IMG/VR virus record: IMGVR_UViG_3300005836_000011
Location: 64,001-83,503 of that record
Strand: one strand, 5' to 3'
Length of the DNA stretch: 19,503 nt
Origin: a virus
Lineage: Duplodnaviria; Heunggongvirae; Uroviricota; Caudoviricetes
The notes under the pieces were generated by a model, which saw only the letters and a list, made by a program, of their open reading frames with translations, was not told the origin of the DNA and did not search any database. Below, piece after piece: positions 15,381 through 19,503 of this stretch. Each line of letters opens with the position of its first letter. Within the stretch, counting starts at the first letter, position 1. The position numbers and the translations under genes are program-made.

Positions 15381-16280
15381 ATGTCAGAGGTCAACTTCAT
15401 GGTTTGTGCACGCGTCGATGAGATCGACGAACCCATAGAGAACTCCACCACAACGGCTTGCGTGGAATGTGGCTGCGATATTTGGATCAGCCCCGAGTCA
15501 CGCAAAGTCATGCGCGAGAAGAAGGCTTTTCCCTGCTGTGGACCTTGCGCATTGCGTCTGGCGGGAGAGCATCACACCGAGATTCGTAGCGTGCCCGGAA
15601 TAGATGGAACAGGACTGAATGCTGGGCAAATTCAGGAACTTGAGCAGGCTCTCGAAAAGACGCGAGAGATGCATCAGTTCGCCGAAAGCATGGGCATGAG
15701 CTTCGACGAGCTAAAGAACAAGGCCGAGAAGATCATCGAGGCGGGTATCGGCGAAGACACCGACCACTTCGAAGCGCTCAAGATCACTGCTCGACTGGCA
15801 GCGAAGGAAATGACCAATCCGGAGCAAAGTTGGGGATCAACAGTCATCATGGAGGACTACGATCGGCGGCTCTCTCCTCCGCTTCCATTTGAGGAGATGT
15901 GTGAGAACCTTGGGAAGGAGATGGTGGCCAACAACGTGTTGCCTTCCCTGGCGCTTGCAGTACACGCAAAGAGAGTGATCTTTGCACTTGAGGCCTGGGG
16001 TCTCCAGTCGGAGACTGAGAGAATAGAACTCACCGGACCGATCTCAGAACATCCCGACAAGATGGAAATGTTGGTCTTGCTCGACGTACGGGCCGTGGGC
16101 GTCGTGAAGATGAGTAGAGCTGAGATCAAGAGGGATGGCATCAGCCCGCCCAGCCTTAGTGAGTGGGAGGATGAAGAACCCGAGTCAGGAAAGCATGGAG
16201 GGCTATTTGTGGAAGCTCTCATCCCTACCTTGCAGCTGATCAAGCAGCTGCACGACCAACAGGAAGGAGGCTCTATGTGA
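15381..16280 (+). CDS. Protein with N-terminal zinc-finger-like domain (299 aa)
   Basis: GAAAGGAG RBS after dyad site 15347; CVEC...CCGPC. Confidence 0.85.
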   Translation: MSEVNFMVCARVDEIDEPIENSTTTACVECGCDIWISPESRKVMREKKAFPCCGPCALRLAGEHHTEIRSVPGIDGTGLNAGQIQELEQALEKTREMHQFAESMGMSFDELKNKAEKIIEAGIGEDTDHFEALKITARLAAKEMTNPEQSWGSTVIMEDYDRRLSPPLPFEEMCENLGKEMVANNVLPSLALAVHAKRVIFALEAWGLQSETERIELTGPISEHPDKMEMLVLLDVRAVGVVKMSRAEIKRDGISPPSLSEWEDEEPESGKHGGLFVEALIPTLQLIKQLHDQQEGGSM

Positions 16281-16489
16281 ATCCCGTCCTGCCATGCCCT
16301 TGGTGTGGAAAGGACACCGATTTCCATGAGGATGAGGTGGAAGAGGTCGCAGATGGACGCGCGATTTGCCTCAAATGTGGGCTTGAAATGGCCGAGACCA
16401 CGATGATCCTCGAGATAGTTGCGGGGGAACACCCGCATCTAGTCCCGGATGAAGAGGACGAAGGGGACGGTGCTAGTGCGACCGAGTAG
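16277..16489 (+). CDS. Small acidic zinc-ribbon protein (70 aa)
   Basis: GAAGGAGG RBS; CPWC...CLKC. Confidence 0.75.
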   Translation: MNPVLPCPWCGKDTDFHEDEVEEVADGRAICLKCGLEMAETTMILEIVAGEHPHLVPDEEDEGDGASATE

Positions 16490-16515
16490 TATGATGGTCG
16501 CGAAAGGGGTGATAG

Positions 16516-16740
16516 ATGAGCGAAGATAATGGCCCTGGAACCAGGCCACAACCAACGAGTTTCTGGCTCGATGATGAGACGAAGACCATTCTGACTCGCC
16601 TAACACGCGAGCTAGGCATGAACCGTTCGGCCGTCGTGCGTGAAGCTGTGCGCAGGATGGTCGCAGCAGACAATGGTGCTGAAGTCCGTCGTCTCGTTGC
16701 TGAACTCGAACGTGCCGTGACCGGTGGAGGTGATGTCTAA
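16516..16740 (+). CDS. Ribbon-helix-helix (CopG/Arc-like) DNA-binding protein (74 aa)
   Basis: PTSFWLDDETKTILTRLTRELGMNRSAVVREAV fits the RHH strand-helix-turn-helix pattern; TAA stop within dyad site 16736. Confidence 0.85.
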   Translation: MSEDNGPGTRPQPTSFWLDDETKTILTRLTRELGMNRSAVVREAVRRMVAADNGAEVRRLVAELERAVTGGGDV

Positions 16741-16827
16741 GAACCTAGCTATGACGTACTTGAACACCGTGTCGTAGGTGTGGTAGATTTCCACCTACAC
16801 TATGTTCACCGACCTGAAAGGAGAAAG

Positions 16828-17157
16828 GTGAGCGCAACTGAAGTAAAGAACAAGAAGAATGTTCGGAGGAAGGGCACAATGGCCCTCCTCCCCATCGACT
16901 TCGCACTGCTGGACCTGCTGCCGGACGAGGGGCAGATGATCGGGTACAAGCCGATCGCACTCCAGGTCGGCTCCATCAAGAAGCGCCCGGAGTTCGACGA
17001 ATTCTCTGGCAACCAGCTCGCAGGAAGGCTCAAGTCGATGTCATTCCAGGGACTCACAGTCACTCAGATCACTCTCCCGATCCAGCGTGGGCTGGGCTGG
17101 CAGAGGACTGCAAAGGGCAAGGAGATCCTGCAGCGCAACGGAAAGGTGGCAGTATGA
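16828..17157 (+). CDS. Probable winged helix-turn-helix protein (109 aa)
   Basis: GAAAGGAG RBS, GTG 16828; S..QLAGRLKSM..QGL...GWQRTAKGKEIL pattern typical of wHTH wings. Confidence 0.6.
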   Translation: MSATEVKNKKNVRRKGTMALLPIDFALLDLLPDEGQMIGYKPIALQVGSIKKRPEFDEFSGNQLAGRLKSMSFQGLTVTQITLPIQRGLGWQRTAKGKEILQRNGKVAV

Positions 17158-18044
17158 CCGCAACCGAAACCCGCACCGGAACACGATTGACTGACATTTC
17201 GGTCGATACAGGCGGTGCTGGGACGATCGAAGTCGTTGCGCTCGCAGACTTGAAAGTCGATCCCGTCTACCAGAGGGATCTGACAGCCGAGTTTGTCGAG
17301 CGTCTCGCGAACAACTGGGACATCATCACCGCAGGAACGATCGTCGTATCGAAGCGACCCGATGGCTACCTCTACATCGTAGATGGACAGCACAGAGCCG
17401 CAGCAGCCGTGAGAGCCGGAGAGACGCACATCCTTGCGCAGGTGGTCAACGAGCCATCAGCAGAGGAAGAGGCACGTCTTCGACTCAGGGGCAACGTCAA
17501 GCGGACTGACCGTGTGTTCGAGGTCTTCCGCGCCCGACTCGCCTCGAAGGATGAGACCGCTCTTGCCATCGAGCGTATCCTGCTCGACTTCAGCACTCAG
17601 ATCAACATGGTGCCGACGACCAACACGGGGATCAACGCGGTCACCGCAGTCGAGAAGCTGTACAACCTCGACAAGGGCGTCTCGTTGATCACAGTCCTCA
17701 CGATGATGAAGAAGCTGTTCGGGGAGATTCGTCCCGAAATTGCTTCTTCAGACATGCTCAAGGGAGTCACGTGGTTCTTGGGCCAGCATGGCGACAAAGT
17801 GGACATGGAGCGTTTCGAGCGGATGTTCAAGCTCACGGGTCCCGCGGCGCTGTCGCGGAGTGCGCGTGCGCACAAGGCATCGCTCGGCGGTTCTCTGTGG
17901 GTGAACACCTACAGGGCGCTGGTGACCATGTACAACGAAGGACTCTCCGACGCCAGCAAGCTGGAGTGGAAGACGAGGGGTTCGACCAGTTGGAAGGCCA
18001 GCGGGGGAGGCATCTTCTCCCGCGGCGGCGAGTCCGCCTGGTAG
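17154..18044 (+). CDS. ParB-like (ParB/Srx fold, DUF6551-type) protein (296 aa)
   Basis: LKVDPVYQRDL...GTIVVSKRPDGYLYIVDGQHRAAAA; ATGA overlap. Confidence 0.8.
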   Translation: MTATETRTGTRLTDISVDTGGAGTIEVVALADLKVDPVYQRDLTAEFVERLANNWDIITAGTIVVSKRPDGYLYIVDGQHRAAAAVRAGETHILAQVVNEPSAEEEARLRLRGNVKRTDRVFEVFRARLASKDETALAIERILLDFSTQINMVPTTNTGINAVTAVEKLYNLDKGVSLITVLTMMKKLFGEIRPEIASSDMLKGVTWFLGQHGDKVDMERFERMFKLTGPAALSRSARAHKASLGGSLWVNTYRALVTMYNEGLSDASKLEWKTRGSTSWKASGGGIFSRGGESAW

Positions 18045-18053
18045 CAGAAAGCG

Positions 18054-18080
18054 CGGGGGGCGGTCATCAGCCGCCCCCCG
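18054..18080. other. GC-rich intergenic hairpin without U-tract
   Basis: CGGGGGGCGG-tcatcag-CCGCCCCCCG perfect 10-bp stem. Confidence 0.65.
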
Positions 18081-18111
18081 TCTCCCCTACTGACCTGAAA
18101 GGAGGTCGGGA

Positions 18112-18231
18112 ATGAGTATATCGCAGAAGCTGCGTGCTTTTGCATGGAAACGTGACGCAACGTGGCGTGACGTGATCGTTCTCACCGCTGTGATCGTGCT
18201 CGTCATCGCGCTGATTGGGATTGCGCGATGA
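18112..18231 (+). CDS. Small membrane peptide (39 aa, MSISQKLRAFAWKRDATWRDVIVLTAVIVLVIALIGIAR)
   Basis: Not in ORF track; GAAAGGAGG RBS; ATGA overlap with next gene. Confidence 0.75.
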   Translation: MSISQKLRAFAWKRDATWRDVIVLTAVIVLVIALIGIAR

Positions 18232-18425
18232 GACATGAATGTGTGGCCAACGAGGTTAATACATATCGTCAGCTGGCAAAGAAGGATGCCGACGAGGCCC
18301 TTGTGCGCAAGATTACCAACTTGGAAGAGTTCAAAAGGCCCCTTATGAAAAACAACCGAGCATGGAGACTCTACTGCGGAATTATGCGACGAGAGGCTTA
18401 TAAGCGCGGCCTTGGAATCCTATGA
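18228..18425 (+). CDS. Small protein of the E[AIL]xxRG[LI] family (65 aa)
   Basis: YCGIMRREAYKRGL. Confidence 0.75.
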   Translation: MRHECVANEVNTYRQLAKKDADEALVRKITNLEEFKRPLMKNNRAWRLYCGIMRREAYKRGLGIL

Positions 18426-18443
18426 ACTGAAGGAGGTGAAGAG

Positions 18444-18626
18444 ATGGCCATTGAAATGTACTGCGATCGCTGCGAAGACCTCGTCAACCCAAACGTCAGT
18501 GGTGGCGTCCGTCTCAAGATGGGTAAGAAAGAGTATGTGTTTCATCTCTGCTTGGCCTGTCAGGCGTTACTTCAAAAGGAAGTAAAGGAAGTTTTCCTCA
18601 AGGGGGCAGAATGGCGCGAGATGTAA
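18444..18626 (+). CDS. Small zinc-finger protein (60 aa)
   Basis: GAAGGAGGT RBS; CDRC...HLCLAC. Confidence 0.8.
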   Translation: MAIEMYCDRCEDLVNPNVSGGVRLKMGKKEYVFHLCLACQALLQKEVKEVFLKGAEWREM

Positions 18627-18868
18627 CACGAGAAGAGTCTTATAGAGACGGATGGCATGAAGGAAGGAGACGTGCTGAGAAAGATCTCAGTGACGGAGGC
18701 CCCGTCGGCTCATTCAGCGCCGAACTTCGAGAATGGGCGTCTCGCGACGGAAACCGCGCTTGGAACCTCGGAGTAGCTCGTGGATATAGAGACACGGTTG
18801 CTCGCTTTGAGGCGGGCGAGATCTCATGGGAAACCTTTGATCACATGCCCTTGGGGAGAGAATACTAA
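18611..18868 (+). CDS. Hypothetical protein (85 aa)
   Basis: AAGGGGG RBS; TAATG junction with next gene. Confidence 0.75.
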   Translation: MARDVTREESYRDGWHEGRRRAEKDLSDGGPVGSFSAELREWASRDGNRAWNLGVARGYRDTVARFEAGEISWETFDHMPLGREY

Positions 18869-19053
18869 TGGCATGCATCAGAATGAACAAAGACTGGGAC
18901 TTCTACACAGACAACGTAAAGTCTCGAGGTACTCCCAAACTATGGGAATCTCTTGCTCGAGAGACTTATCCGGGTAATTTCCTGGATACGCAATGTCGCG
19001 TTTGGCGTTTAGTCGTGCGTAAAGAGTTGCGCGCGCGAGGAATAGAGGCCTAG
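18868..19053 (+). CDS. Small protein of the E[AIL]xxRG[LI] family (61 aa)
   Basis: WRLVVRKELRARGI. Confidence 0.75.
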   Translation: MACIRMNKDWDFYTDNVKSRGTPKLWESLARETYPGNFLDTQCRVWRLVVRKELRARGIEA

Positions 19054-19176
19054 GAAGGAGGCATTAATGAACGAGTTCGAGCTCAGCTGGGAAGAAACTA
19101 GTGAGCAAAACGACGCTCGTGCGATGGCATCGCAAATACGATGAGTGGCTGGCCGAAGGGAAAACCTAGGGGTCCC

Positions 19177-19503
19177 ATGTCGGAAGAGCATCGACGGAAA
19201 TTCATAGCCGCTGGTGCTCGCTCCCGTCATCGCAAGAAAATACGGGCGGCCGAAGTATCGTCGGGGCGTTCTTTGGGCGGTGGACTGAACGATGATAATC
19301 GTCCTTCTCGCGCTCATCAGGATGTGAGTCCGGCAGTTTGGCGTAGTGCGCATGAGTACATCGGCGACTGTGAGTATGTTGACGATGGAGTCGATCAGAT
19401 TCTTCTTCGTGCTCTTTGTAGCCGACTCGTGTATGCAGGTTCGGCCTGTTGTCACCATGAGTTCATATTCGAGGACGTCACTATCGCCACGCTCGCGGCC
19501 ATA
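19177..19503 (+). CDS. Hypothetical protein, 3'-truncated by window edge; NUMOD3-like basic N-terminus
   Basis: ATG 19177 after AGGGG, open for 109 codons to window end; MSEEHRRKF resembles the NUMOD3 SEE.R.K pattern. Confidence 0.55.
   Translation, partial: MSEEHRRKFIAAGARSRHRKKIRAAEVSSGRSLGGGLNDDNRPSRAHQDVSPAVWRSAHEYIGDCEYVDDGVDQILLRALCSRLVYAGSACCHHEFIFEDVTIATLAAI

Larger units (their letters stand above)
544..16749. repeat. Dispersed 14-bp dyad element (T/G)CTARG-AA-CYTAG(A/C/G), 25 copies at gene boundaries
   Basis: Copies at 544(- strand), 736, 1367, 1775, 2132, 2463, 2672(2-nt deletion), 3004, 3341, 3652, 4230, 5237, 5945(AT centre), 6328, 6781, 8288, 8764, 9636, 10861, 11632, 11915, 13610, 13820, 15347, 16736. 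Confidence 0.95.

Noticed and set aside
544-16749. CRISPR array made of the 14-bp repeat
   Set aside because: The repeat is too short, the intervals are irregular (roughly 200-3000 bp) and contain whole genes, and no cas genes are present
17154-18044. Naming the DGQHR protein dndB or parB
   Set aside because: No other dnd genes and no parA in the window; the VDPxYQR...DGQHR pattern is shared by a broad ParB-like phage family
18759-18770. CTTGGAACCTCG as an additional dyad site
   Set aside because: Two mismatches at invariant positions and located mid-CDS; likely chance
19009-19458. 149-aa - strand ORF
   Set aside because: Overlaps RBS-supported + strand ORFs (18868..19053, 19067, 19177) and has no recognisable features
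1-19503. tRNA, rRNA, IS elements, integrase or virion structural genes
   Set aside because: No cloverleaf, transposase, recombinase, terminase or capsid motifs recognised; phage origin is therefore inferred from gene organisation, not proven

Overview
A roughly 60% GC, phage-like (probably early/accessory) region of about 55 mostly small, tightly packed + strand ORFs. Strong GAAAGGAG(G) ribosome-binding sites suggest a Gram-positive-type host, possibly actinobacterial (inference). No structural, tRNA, integrase or CRISPR features are visible. Recognisable products: sulfotransferase-like protein (- strand), minimal M50/site-2 protease, DUF4314-like protein, MoxR-type AAA+ ATPase with a HExxH+VWA partner, ribbon-helix-helix protein, probable winged-helix protein and ParB-like (DGQHR) protein. 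The dominant unexplained signal is a dyad element, (T/G)CTARG-AA-CYTAG(A/C/G), present 25 times (23 matching the core, 2 variants) at gene boundaries and almost always in one orientation. It often supplies the stop codon of the upstream gene. In 1020-3665 it is part of a repeating unit (gene / stop / hairpin / site / RBS), with a near-constant 44-48 nt stop-to-site distance in five consecutive units, resembling a cassette array. Also present: a dispersed family of nine small proteins sharing the C-terminal motif [WYF]x6E[AIL]xxR(G)[LI], three homologous extended -10 promoters, a cluster of GATTCATGCAGG-like repeats and a 33-nt alternating purine-pyrimidine tract. All family calls come from motif recognition by eye; no database searches were run.
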